This document shows, one piece after another, positions 49,547-58,285 of a DNA stretch of 64,000 nt (the first letter of the stretch is position 1; every line of letters begins with the position of its first letter). Below the pieces are notes generated by a model that saw nothing but the letters and a program-made list of their open reading frames with translations, made no database searches and was not told the origin of the DNA. The DNA is from Ignavibacteriales bacterium (GTDB lineage Bacteria; Bacteroidota; Ignavibacteria; UBA10030), in NCBI GenBank assembly GCA_026390585.1, contig JAPLFP010000355.1, forward strand, positions 12,779 to 76,778, given 5' to 3'. Made by a program: the position numbers and the translations under genes.

Positions 49547-50512
49547 CTACTTTATCAACTGCATCGTCCGTTCCTGCACGAACTCTCCGCTGCGGATTCT
49601 GTAGATGTATGTGCCGCTGGCGAGATTCTTCCCATCAAACGTGACCGTGTGAGTTCCCGCACCAAGTTCAGAGTCGACGAGTGTGCCTACTTCTTTGCCG
49701 AGCATGTCGTAGACAACGAGGGTAACATGGTCCGCCCTTGGAATCGTGAACGAGATTTTCGTTGATGGATTGAACGGATTCGGATAGTTGGTTTCCAGCG
49801 CATAGCCATCCGGAGTCACAGAGTCCGCGTTATCCGGACTTGTGGAATCGTCGCTCAACATCCGGTTCACTTCCGGCAGATCCTGTCCGTCCCAGAGCAT
49901 GAACTTGGCAGCCGCAAGCTTTCCCTTCATATCGTCACCCATCAATGCCCCGAGCGTCTTGAGCCGCTCGATGGCTTTTGCCAAAGCCGCCTTGAATCCC
50001 ACCGACAGATCTTCTTTGTGGACTTCATACCATCTCAATCCTACTCTTTTGATTCCAGCTTTCCATTCGGTGCCGAACGGCTTCGCATCTTTGCCGATAC
50101 TCTCTAGTGTCGCTTTGTATTTGACGCCGAGAGGCTTCAGGTCCGTAAGGAGGGCCTGCCGATCCGTCGCAAGCTCTTTTATCTTCTGCCGGTACATTCT
50201 GATATCGCTCGCATTGTTGTTTTGCATGGCCTTTTTCAAAGCAAGAGCGAGTCTCGTCCCCTTCATTTTGAGCTGCGCGGCACGATCCCGAAGCGCATTC
50301 AGAGCACGGAGGTCGGCTGGAGCCATGGAACGGTCCAGTGTGCCTTTCCATTCCTTCATTTTCGGGATGATGTTCCCCTGCGCATAGTCACGGACACCCT
50401 TGTAGAGTTCCTTGAGCGCATCTTTTGTTTTTTGATCGAGGACTCTCCCCTGGGAAAACGCACTGCTGCCGATGAACACCACCAGAGCAATGAGTAACAG
50501 CATTTTTTTCAT
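49547..50512 (-). CDS. secreted protein with T9SS C-terminal sorting domain
   Basis: signal peptide; C-terminal NYPNPFNPSTKI...GTYIYRI Por_Secre_tail. Confidence 0.6.
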   Translation of the reverse strand: MKKMLLLIALVVFIGSSAFSQGRVLDQKTKDALKELYKGVRDYAQGNIIPKMKEWKGTLDRSMAPADLRALNALRDRAAQLKMKGTRLALALKKAMQNNNASDIRMYRQKIKELATDRQALLTDLKPLGVKYKATLESIGKDAKPFGTEWKAGIKRVGLRWYEVHKEDLSVGFKAALAKAIERLKTLGALMGDDMKGKLAAAKFMLWDGQDLPEVNRMLSDDSTSPDNADSVTPDGYALETNYPNPFNPSTKISFTIPRADHVTLVVYDMLGKEVGTLVDSELGAGTHTVTFDGKNLASGTYIYRIRSGEFVQERTMQLIK

Positions 50513-50782
50513 ACATGCCTCCCTTTTCACTGATGAACAATTACTTGGAAACTTATGCCAAACTTGCGCAGGTAAATGCTTTGTTGCCTGCTTGGGGATT
50601 CGATGCTAAAACCCTTGGTTCGGTTTAACGGGCAAGACGGTAGAATTCTCTCTTTCCAAGTTCGCTCTTGAAAGACAAATATGCAACAGGATGAGAATCT
50701 GCGTTGGTTTGGCTATTCTCCGTTCAAAACACTACATTTGTGTCAATCTTGCACATAGTCTGGGCTTTTGACAGGAAGGATC

Positions 50783-51274
50783 ATGCAAATCAGGGTTTTC
50801 GTCACAGGCGGGACATTCGATAAAGAGTACAATGAACTCGACGGGAGGCTCTACTTCAAAGATACACACCTGAAGGAGATGCTGTCCCTCGGCAGATCCA
50901 AAGTCAGGGTCGACATCAGGACACTGATGATGGTGGACAGCCTGGAAATGACGGACCAGGACCGGCAGATCATTCTCGACCAATGCTCGAAGTGCACTGA
51001 AGACAAGATTCTTATCACGCATGGCACCGATACAATGGAAGTGACTGCGCGGGTTCTCGGGCAGTCAGTGAAAGACAAGACGATCGTCCTGACGGGAGCA
51101 ATGATTCCGTACAAATTTGGGAGTTCCGACGGTCTCTTCAATCTTGGAAGCGCACTCGCCTTTGTTCAGACGCTGCCGCATGGAGTCTATGTTGCGATGA
51201 ATGGAAAGTGCTTACCCTGGAACAATGTTCGCAAGAACAAGCAAACTGGCGAATTCGAGGAGATCACGAAGTAA
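50783..51274 (+). CDS. asparaginase-family N-terminal-domain protein
   Basis: VFVTGGT...THGTDTM threonine-containing motifs of L-asparaginase; only ~163 aa; GGAAGG RBS. Confidence 0.55.
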   Translation: MQIRVFVTGGTFDKEYNELDGRLYFKDTHLKEMLSLGRSKVRVDIRTLMMVDSLEMTDQDRQIILDQCSKCTEDKILITHGTDTMEVTARVLGQSVKDKTIVLTGAMIPYKFGSSDGLFNLGSALAFVQTLPHGVYVAMNGKCLPWNNVRKNKQTGEFEEITK

Positions 51275-52536
51275 TGTCGGCACTGAAATCAGATCCGGAT
51301 ATTGTGATCGTCGGTGGTGGACTCGCGGGCCTGGCTTGCGCTCGGCACCTTCAACAGCATGGCATCTCATTCCAAATCATCGAAGCATCGGACGGCCTCG
51401 GAGGCCGCGTACGAACGGATCGCGTTGCAGGATTCCTTCTCGATCGCGGTTTTCAGGTTCTTCAGACTGCATACCCCGAAGCACAAAGGGTGCTAGACTA
51501 CACCAGACTTGGTCTCCGCACGTTCTTCCCTGGCGCGGTAATTCATATCGATGATCAATCTTACCGCGTCGCAGATCCGCTGCGAATGCCCCTCGCGGCA
51601 TTTGAATCTCTCTTCTCCCCCATCGGGACGATGAGCGACAAGGTCCGTCTTCTTGCTCTTCGTCAGCGCCTTCGCAGACAATCGATCGACTCGATCTTCA
51701 AGAGCGAGGAGCGGACGACACTGGACGCTCTGCAGCGCGAAGGATTCTCTCCCACTATTGTCTCAACATTGCTTCGTCCCTTTCTCAGAGGGATCTTCCT
51801 TGAGAAGGGACTGAAGACGTCGAGCAGGATGTTTGAATTTGTCTTCAAGATGTTCGCCGATGGACACGGTGCCCTTCCGGCAAATGGAATGGGAGCCATT
51901 CCGGATCAACTGGCAAGCACGCTCCCGGCGGAGTCGGTCCGACTCAATACCAGAGTTATTTCCGTGTCACCCAACTCGGTGACCCTGGAATATGGTGAGC
52001 ATGTGCAAGCTCGTGCAGTCGTCGTGGCGACAGAAGGGCCCGAAGCATGTCGACTCATCCCGGGACTTGAGCCTGTGATCTCTTGCAGCACGACCTGCAT
52101 GTATTTCGTCGCGGACTATGATCCTCTCGGTTCTCCGATTCTGGCATTGAATGGCGACGGGTCCGGAGTCATCAACAGTCTCTGCGTCCCAAGCTCGGTC
52201 GCTCCATCGTACGCTCCTGCCGGGTCTTCGCTAATTTCCGTCTCAATTCTCGGGATCCCGGAGGAAGACAACAAGAAACTCGAGACGTCTGTACGTTCTC
52301 AACTCAAGTCCTGGTTCGGACCAAAAGTCGACTCGTGGAGGATTTTCCGCACCTGCCGGATTCTTCATGCGTTGCCGAGCCAGGCGTTTCCTGCCCTCTC
52401 TCAGCCACAGCGACCGGTGAAGATGGAACAGGGATTGTATGTTTGCGGCGATCACCGCGATACCGCGTCCATTCATGGCGCCCTCGTCTCCGGCCGAAGA
52501 ACTGCCGAGACAATTCTCGAAGACTTCGCATTCTAA
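51274..52536 (+). CDS. NAD(P)/FAD-dependent oxidoreductase (amine-oxidase / phytoene-desaturase-like)
   Basis: IVIVGGGLAGLACA dinucleotide-binding motif; start overlaps the previous stop (TAATG). Confidence 0.75.
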   Translation: MSALKSDPDIVIVGGGLAGLACARHLQQHGISFQIIEASDGLGGRVRTDRVAGFLLDRGFQVLQTAYPEAQRVLDYTRLGLRTFFPGAVIHIDDQSYRVADPLRMPLAAFESLFSPIGTMSDKVRLLALRQRLRRQSIDSIFKSEERTTLDALQREGFSPTIVSTLLRPFLRGIFLEKGLKTSSRMFEFVFKMFADGHGALPANGMGAIPDQLASTLPAESVRLNTRVISVSPNSVTLEYGEHVQARAVVVATEGPEACRLIPGLEPVISCSTTCMYFVADYDPLGSPILALNGDGSGVINSLCVPSSVAPSYAPAGSSLISVSILGIPEEDNKKLETSVRSQLKSWFGPKVDSWRIFRTCRILHALPSQAFPALSQPQRPVKMEQGLYVCGDHRDTASIHGALVSGRRTAETILEDFAF

Positions 52537-52563
52537 GTCATTACCCCCTCACTACCATCCCAT

Positions 52564-53160
52564 ATGGCCACGCACCTGTCCGATGAAGAGCTGATCAAAC
52601 GAGCGAAGAAAGGCGACGAGCGAGCCTTCACGCAACTTGTGCGGAGGTACGAGTCTCTCGTTTACAGCTTCGCGTTCAAGGTCTGCAGGAACGAGGAAAA
52701 AGCGAGCGAGACGTGGCAAGATACGTTTGTCAATGTCTTCAGAAAGCTCCATCAGTTTGATGGACGATCGAAGTTCACAACGTGGCTCTACAGCATTGTG
52801 ACCAATAGCTGCCGAATGAAGCGGCGGCAGCGCAAGCTGGATAAGGCTTCCGTATCCATCGAGTCACCAACGGAGTCTCACGATGGTTCTGATGACGATC
52901 CATCCGTGCTGACGATTCCCCCGTGGAAAGACACGCCCCTGGATGCTGTGATTGACAAGGAATTGCGAACTCTGCTCGATGAAGCGATTCAACGATTGCC
53001 GTATGACTACAGGGTTGTCTTTGTTCTGCGTGATGTCGAAGGTATGTCCGCCGAGGAAACCGGAAAAATCCTGAAACTGAGTGTACCGGCCGTGAAATCA
53101 CGCCTTCGACGGGCCCGGGTCTTTTTACGCGAACAGCTCAATCCCTACATGACCGCATGA
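52564..53160 (+). CDS. ECF (sigma-70 family group IV) RNA polymerase sigma factor
   Basis: sigma2/sigma4 regions (FTQLVRRYE..., VLRDVEGMSAEETGKIL). Confidence 0.85.
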   Translation: MATHLSDEELIKRAKKGDERAFTQLVRRYESLVYSFAFKVCRNEEKASETWQDTFVNVFRKLHQFDGRSKFTTWLYSIVTNSCRMKRRQRKLDKASVSIESPTESHDGSDDDPSVLTIPPWKDTPLDAVIDKELRTLLDEAIQRLPYDYRVVFVLRDVEGMSAEETGKILKLSVPAVKSRLRRARVFLREQLNPYMTA

Positions 53161-53396
53161 AAAAGAAAACTGTGCGTTGCGACGATGTCCTGAACCATAT
53201 ATGCGAGGAGCTCGATACCAAGCTCACGTCTGCCAAATGCCGTGAGCTCAAACGACACCTCGAACGATGTCCAAACTGTACGGCATATCTCGACAGTCTG
53301 CGCAAGACCATTATGCTGTACTCCTCCACACCCAACCCGCGATTACCTCAGAAGGCCCGAAGACAGCTTTTTGCCGCTCTCAAGCTCAAATCCTAG
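53157..53396 (+). CDS. zinc-binding anti-sigma factor (ZAS/RsrA-like, HxxxCxxC)
   Basis: HLERCPNCTAYLDSL motif; ATGA overlap with the sigma gene stop. Confidence 0.65.
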   Translation: MKKKTVRCDDVLNHICEELDTKLTSAKCRELKRHLERCPNCTAYLDSLRKTIMLYSSTPNPRLPQKARRQLFAALKLKS

Positions 53397-53494
53397 CTTC
53401 CGAGACGTCCTCCAGAATCCTTTTCGCGATGCAGGCATCTCAAGTAGTGAATCATCGTACACTGAAGTTCATTCACTTTCCTAGGGAGGCTGTT

Positions 53495-53701
53495 ATGAAG
53501 AAAAACATGGGTACCGTTGACCGGTCGATTCGGGTTCTCTTGGCTCTCATCGTCGCAGTATTGTATTTCACAAACCAGATATCGGGTACGGCCGCTATCG
53601 TTCTCGGTTTGTTCGCTGTGATCTTCCTGATAACGAGTTTCATGGCATTTTGCCCGTTGTATGTTCCATTCAAGATATCGACGAAGAAGGAAGCGGCATA
53701 A
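53495..53701 (+). CDS. DUF2892 (YgaP-like) small membrane protein
   Basis: 68-aa two-TM protein with an N-terminal GTVDRxIR motif; GGAGG RBS. Confidence 0.6.
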   Translation: MKKNMGTVDRSIRVLLALIVAVLYFTNQISGTAAIVLGLFAVIFLITSFMAFCPLYVPFKISTKKEAA

Positions 53702-53764
53702 ATCTGAAGAATCAGTCTCAAAATGGATAAGACATTCTTACGCCAAGTCGCGCCGCTTCCAATG

Positions 53765-53905
53765 AACTATAGCAATAGGTCATTGCGAGCGTTTTTTGCG
53801 AAGCAATCCGTCGTGGGATACATGGATGGATTGCTTCGTCGTCGAAAAGAAAAGCAACGGACTCCTCGCAATGACTGGGTTGTATGTGTTGCTCTGCGTC
53901 TTTGC
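53765..53905. repeat. MITE-like palindromic repeat, copy C
   Basis: actatagcaataggtcattgcgagcgttttttgcgaagcaatc...gattgcttcgtcgtc...ctcgcaatgactgggttgtatgt; near-identical over ~120 bp to copy B. Confidence 0.75.
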
Positions 53906-53950
53906 ACCATGGATGATCGTTTTTGAGACAACTTGTAGTCACCGGGATCG

Positions 53951-54202
53951 ATGATGAAGCGGATCCACAAACATAGCGCATTGTGCCGCGAAGTAGCGAG
54001 GCATATTCAGAATCAACTCGACGCCGAGCTGCTCTCCCCTGCTTGCCGGGAGATCAGGAAGCACCTGCGCCGTTGTCCGACCTGCACCGCGTACCTTGAC
54101 AGTCTGAAAAAAACCGTGCTTCTTTATAGGCGCTATCCCGACCCACATGTCCCCGCGATCATGAGAGAAAAGCTGTTCGCCATTCTCAAGACCACTACCT
54201 GA
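53951..54202 (+). CDS. zinc-binding anti-sigma factor paralog (ZAS-like)
   Basis: KHLRRCPTCTAYLDSL; ~45% aa identity to the 53157-53396 product. Confidence 0.6.
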   Translation: MMKRIHKHSALCREVARHIQNQLDAELLSPACREIRKHLRRCPTCTAYLDSLKKTVLLYRRYPDPHVPAIMREKLFAILKTTT

Positions 54203-54301
54203 CAGCCCAATGCATTAAATCATGGAGATCTGTTATGACGAAAGAAGTTGTTCTCAAACAAGTCCAGGGAATTACATTCGTCGCAAAAGGGAATTCCAGT
54301 C

Positions 54302-54689
54302 ACTGGGTGCCATGGATGGCTCTACAGAGTTTGGCGGAAACCTCGCCGGCTCGACGCCGAAGGAGCTTCTGCTGATGGCGCTCGCTGGCTGCACAGCGAC
54401 AGACGTCGTCCCGATTCTGAGGAAGAAACGCGCACCGTTGCAGAAGCTTGAAATCAATGTCAAAGGAAACGAACGCGAGGAACATCCCCGCATATTTACT
54501 GACATCCATGTCGAGTATGTTTTCTACGGTGAGGGCCTCAAGGCTGAGGACATTGAACGCGCCATCGAGCTTTCAACAACGAAGTACTGTTCGGTGAATG
54601 CGATTCTGGCAGCCAGCGCGCCGATAACTCATTCCTATCGGATCGAATCAAGAGCGACACCGGCGGTGGCTACCGCGACAGCGATGTGA
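54302..54689 (+). CDS. OsmC/Ohr family peroxiredoxin-like protein (N-terminus apparently frameshifted; see findings)
   Basis: EFGGNLAGSTPKELLLMALAGCTATDV and C-terminal OsmC fold motifs; the expected N-terminal strand is encoded in another frame (54235-54313). Confidence 0.6.
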
Positions 54690-54765
54690 CCCGCAAGGAG
54701 GGCATGGAGTTTAGAAGAACTATACCCTTCACGAACTCGAGAATCCTCAACGATGTCTCAAGGAA

Positions 54766-54990
54766 TTGCTGCGTATTCAGAGCCCTCATTGCCGAATCGT
54801 GCTCGGTGATTTCAACGAAACCGGGTTTGAGGCAATGCAGGAGGTCCATGGGGTGATCTATGGAGACAGCCATTCCCTCGGGTCGCTGAAAATTGCAGAT
54901 GCAGAAGTCATCCTCAAGCGCGCCTACTCTGATCTCGAAATGGTTGTAACACCTCTGAATATCACTTATATTGCCTCCCGCAAGAAATGA
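54766..54990 (+). CDS. hypothetical small protein
   Basis: 74-aa ORF between OsmC and Usp; no recognisable domain; an alternative 55-aa ORF at 54694 has a strong AAGGAGG RBS. Confidence 0.2.
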   Translation: MLRIQSPHCRIVLGDFNETGFEAMQEVHGVIYGDSHSLGSLKIADAEVILKRAYSDLEMVVTPLNITYIASRKK

Positions 54991-55060
54991 CCTGATGAGG
55001 GCATACGCTCTCTCGATCGTGCTGACGAATCTTTCCGATGTTCCCTCTTGTTGAGGTCGC

Positions 55061-55972
55061 ATGTATAAGATCGAACGCATCCTCTGCCCCACGGATTTCT
55101 CCCCGGCGTCTATCGAAGCCATTCGCTTTGCCTCATTCCTCGCCAGCCACGGCAGCTGCCAGTTGACACTCATGTATGTCGACGAGGAAGAGAAAACCCC
55201 GATGGGGTACTTCGAAAAAGATGAACACTCGCTGAACCAACGCCGCGAACTCATCTCCGGATTTGCCCACAGCAAGTTTTCAGAGATTATCAAGGAAGAT
55301 GGACTGAGGGCGGATCGCACCTCCATGCTCGTTCGCTTTGGGACTGCGTACCACGAGATCATTGAAGTCGCTGAAGACAACCGATACTCCCTCGTTGTGA
55401 TCGCAACGGAGGGACTCGGCCGCTCGTCACCCCATCTCATCGGCCGAACGGCCGAACGCGTGGTTCGTCTGTGCCGAACGCCCGTGGTCACTGTCAAGCC
55501 GCATGTGGAAAAGCACGAGTGGAAAATCGAGACCATTCTCTGTCCGACAGATTTCTCCGAGTACAGCAATTTTGCCATTCCTTACGCGGTGTCGCTTGCA
55601 AAAAGCTACAACGCCCGGATCATTCTGCTTCATGTAACGGACCTTGGGACACATCACCCCGAAGCCTTGCTTGAGAAATTTCCAGATCCGCGGTTCTATC
55701 ACGACGACGCAGATAAGATCCACATTGAGAAAATCGTAGGGAGAGATGTCGAACCGGAGAACACCGTCGTGCGCCTCGCCGAAGAATACCAGATTGATCT
55801 CATCGTCATCGGAACGCACGGTGCACGCGGCATGCGCAGGGTGCAAATCGGCAATACTGTCGAAGAAGTCGTTCGTCGCACCAGCTCGCCCGTCCTGACC
55901 ATCACTCATCCGATCCACAAAGCCGTGTTTCCACGCCGATTTAAGGAGGATTACGCTGCAAACGATTCGTAG
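55061..55972 (+). CDS. tandem universal stress protein (2x UspA domain)
   Basis: two repeats of ILCPTDFS...G(x)HG ATP-binding Usp motifs. Confidence 0.8.
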   Translation: MYKIERILCPTDFSPASIEAIRFASFLASHGSCQLTLMYVDEEEKTPMGYFEKDEHSLNQRRELISGFAHSKFSEIIKEDGLRADRTSMLVRFGTAYHEIIEVAEDNRYSLVVIATEGLGRSSPHLIGRTAERVVRLCRTPVVTVKPHVEKHEWKIETILCPTDFSEYSNFAIPYAVSLAKSYNARIILLHVTDLGTHHPEALLEKFPDPRFYHDDADKIHIEKIVGRDVEPENTVVRLAEEYQIDLIVIGTHGARGMRRVQIGNTVEEVVRRTSSPVLTITHPIHKAVFPRRFKEDYAANDS

Positions 55973-56246
55973 AGATCCAGCCGCAGAATCGTGCCACGAA
56001 GACACAAGGACACAAAACTTCACAGAAGTATAAAGAATCGAAAACCCGACTTCACCATTTCTCCATTTTGCCTTGGTGCCTCAGTGCCTTTGTGGCTGAC
56101 AACGGGTTTTTTGCTCGAGCATCTGAAAGACGCCCGCAACGCTCATCTTGGTTTTTTGGAAATCCTTCTCTATCTTCGTCGCACACCGAAATGCGATTTG
56201 TCGCATGTGAACTTCCAGACATTTGTAGATTGAAGGAGAGAGACCT

Positions 56247-58250
56247 CTGAATACCCCATCGGTCGACCAACTTTGCATCAACACGATTCGGACGCTTGCC
56301 ATGGATGGTGTCCAAAAAGCAAAATCCGGCCACCCTGGATTGCCCATGGGTGCCGCCGCGATGGCCTATGTGCTTTGGACACGCCACTTGAAGCACAATC
56401 CGACGAATCCACACTGGCACAACCGTGATCGTTTCGTTCTCTCTGCAGGTCACGGCTCAATGTTGCTCTACAGCCTTCTCTATCTCACAGGCTACGAGCT
56501 CACGCTGGACGATCTGAAGAACTTCCGTCAGTTTAAGAGCAAGACACCCGGCCACCCCGAGTATCATTGGACCCCCGGCGTCGAAACGACAACGGGACCG
56601 TTGGGACAAGGGTTTGCCAACGGTGTTGGGATGGCCATCGCCGAGCGATACATGGCATCCCGGTACAATCGACCGAATTTCGAGATTGTCAAGTATCGCA
56701 TCTACGGCATTGTGAGTGATGGCGATTTGATGGAAGGGGTCTCCCACGAGGCAGCTTCACTCGCAGGACACCTCAAGCTCGGACATATCATTTATCTCTA
56801 CGACGACAATCACATCAGCATCGACGGGAACACCAAGATAGCGTTTACAGAAGATGTCGCAAAAAGGTTTGAAGCGTATGGCTGGCATGTTCAGATTGTC
56901 GACGATGGCAATGACCTCGAGGCAGTTCACAACGCTCTCAAGGCAGCGCAAGATGAGGTGAACCGTCCGTCGATCATCAAAGTGCGGACGCACATCGGTT
57001 TCGGAAGTCCAAACAAGCAGGACACGTCCGAAGCGCACGGCTCACCCCTCGGTGAAGATGAGGTGCGTTTGACCAAACGCAAGCTCGGTTGGGACCCGGA
57101 TAAGCAATTCTTCGTGCCTGCCGAGTCGTTGCAGCAATTTCGGAAGGCAGTTGAGCAAGGGAAAAAGTGGGAGGCGCTCTGGAAAACGATGTTCGATGGA
57201 TACAAACATGCACATCCAGACCTCGCCTCTGAACTGGAGCACGTGCGAGAAGGGGACTTCGGTGCAGCATGGAAAAATGCTCTCCCATCGTTTGCAGCAG
57301 AGGCTGGTTCGATGGCAACCAGAGAGGCCTCCGGAAAAGTGTTGAATGCGCTCGCTCCACACTTGCCGACGCTCATTGGCGGTTCGGCCGACCTCGCGCC
57401 ATCAAACAACACCTTCCTCAGTGGCATACCGGAATTTCAAGCTGGTGTGTATGCCGGACGCAACTTCCGTTTTGGCGTACGTGAACATGCGATGGGTTCG
57501 ATTCTCAATGGCATGGCGCTGACAGAAGGAATCATCCCATACGGCGGGACGTTCCTTGTATTCTCAGACTACATGCGCCCACCAATCCGCATGGCGGCTT
57601 TGATGGGAATACGGCCAATCTATGTTTTCACACATGACAGCATCGGATTGGGCGAGGACGGACCGACTCATCAACCGGTGGAACAGTTCGCCGCTCTGCG
57701 CGCAATACCGAATATCACCTTTATACGCCCCGCTGACGCCAACGAGACCTCGGTTGCCTGGAAGACTGCGATCGAACACAGAAGCGGCCCTGTCGCCCTT
57801 GCTCTCTCACGGCAGAAGATGCCCATCATCGATCGGACAAAGTACGCCTCCGCGGAGAACCTGGCCAAAGGCGCGTACATCCTCGGCGAGAACTCGCCGA
57901 CTCCGAAGATTATCCTGATCGGTACCGGTTCAGAGCTGCAGTATGCGCTCGGAGCCTACGAGCAGCTCGTCAAGGAACAAATTCCCGCCCGCGTTGTCAG
58001 CATGCCTTCCTGGGAGTTGTTTGAACGGCAGCCGAAGGAATACCGCGATTCCGTACTCACTCCCTCCATCAAGAAACGCGTCATCGTCGAAGCTGCATTA
58101 CCCATGGGATGGCACAAGTATGCTGGCGATGAAGGAATCGTCATCGGCATGAACTCCTTTGGAGCCTCTGCCCCCTATGAACTGCTCTATAAGGAATTCG
58201 GCTTTACTATCGAGAATGTCCTGAAGAAAGCCAAAGAACTTCTCCATTGA
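56247..58250 (+). CDS. tkt: transketolase
   Basis: [18 protein letters not shown] and TPP/pyrimidine-binding domains; conserved N-terminal helix [12 protein letters not shown] is encoded upstream of the first ATG (56301), implying a CTG start at 56247 after an AAGGAG RBS. Confidence 0.8.
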   Translation: MNTPSVDQLCINTIRTLAMDGVQKAKSGHPGLPMGAAAMAYVLWTRHLKHNPTNPHWHNRDRFVLSAGHGSMLLYSLLYLTGYELTLDDLKNFRQFKSKTPGHPEYHWTPGVETTTGPLGQGFANGVGMAIAERYMASRYNRPNFEIVKYRIYGIVSDGDLMEGVSHEAASLAGHLKLGHIIYLYDDNHISIDGNTKIAFTEDVAKRFEAYGWHVQIVDDGNDLEAVHNALKAAQDEVNRPSIIKVRTHIGFGSPNKQDTSEAHGSPLGEDEVRLTKRKLGWDPDKQFFVPAESLQQFRKAVEQGKKWEALWKTMFDGYKHAHPDLASELEHVREGDFGAAWKNALPSFAAEAGSMATREASGKVLNALAPHLPTLIGGSADLAPSNNTFLSGIPEFQAGVYAGRNFRFGVREHAMGSILNGMALTEGIIPYGGTFLVFSDYMRPPIRMAALMGIRPIYVFTHDSIGLGEDGPTHQPVEQFAALRAIPNITFIRPADANETSVAWKTAIEHRSGPVALALSRQKMPIIDRTKYASAENLAKGAYILGENSPTPKIILIGTGSELQYALGAYEQLVKEQIPARVVSMPSWELFERQPKEYRDSVLTPSIKKRVIVEAALPMGWHKYAGDEGIVIGMNSFGASAPYELLYKEFGFTIENVLKKAKELLH

Positions 58251-58285
58251 CTCAACTCTGATGAACAATCAACAATCGACCGACA

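Noticed and set aside
54670-55578. 302-aa minus-strand ORF
   Set aside because: It overlaps the tandem-Usp gene on the opposite strand, which has clear domain motifs. It has no recognisable domains and odd composition.
56052-56453. 133-aa minus-strand ORF
   Set aside because: It is antisense to the transketolase 5' end and RBS region, and has no domain.
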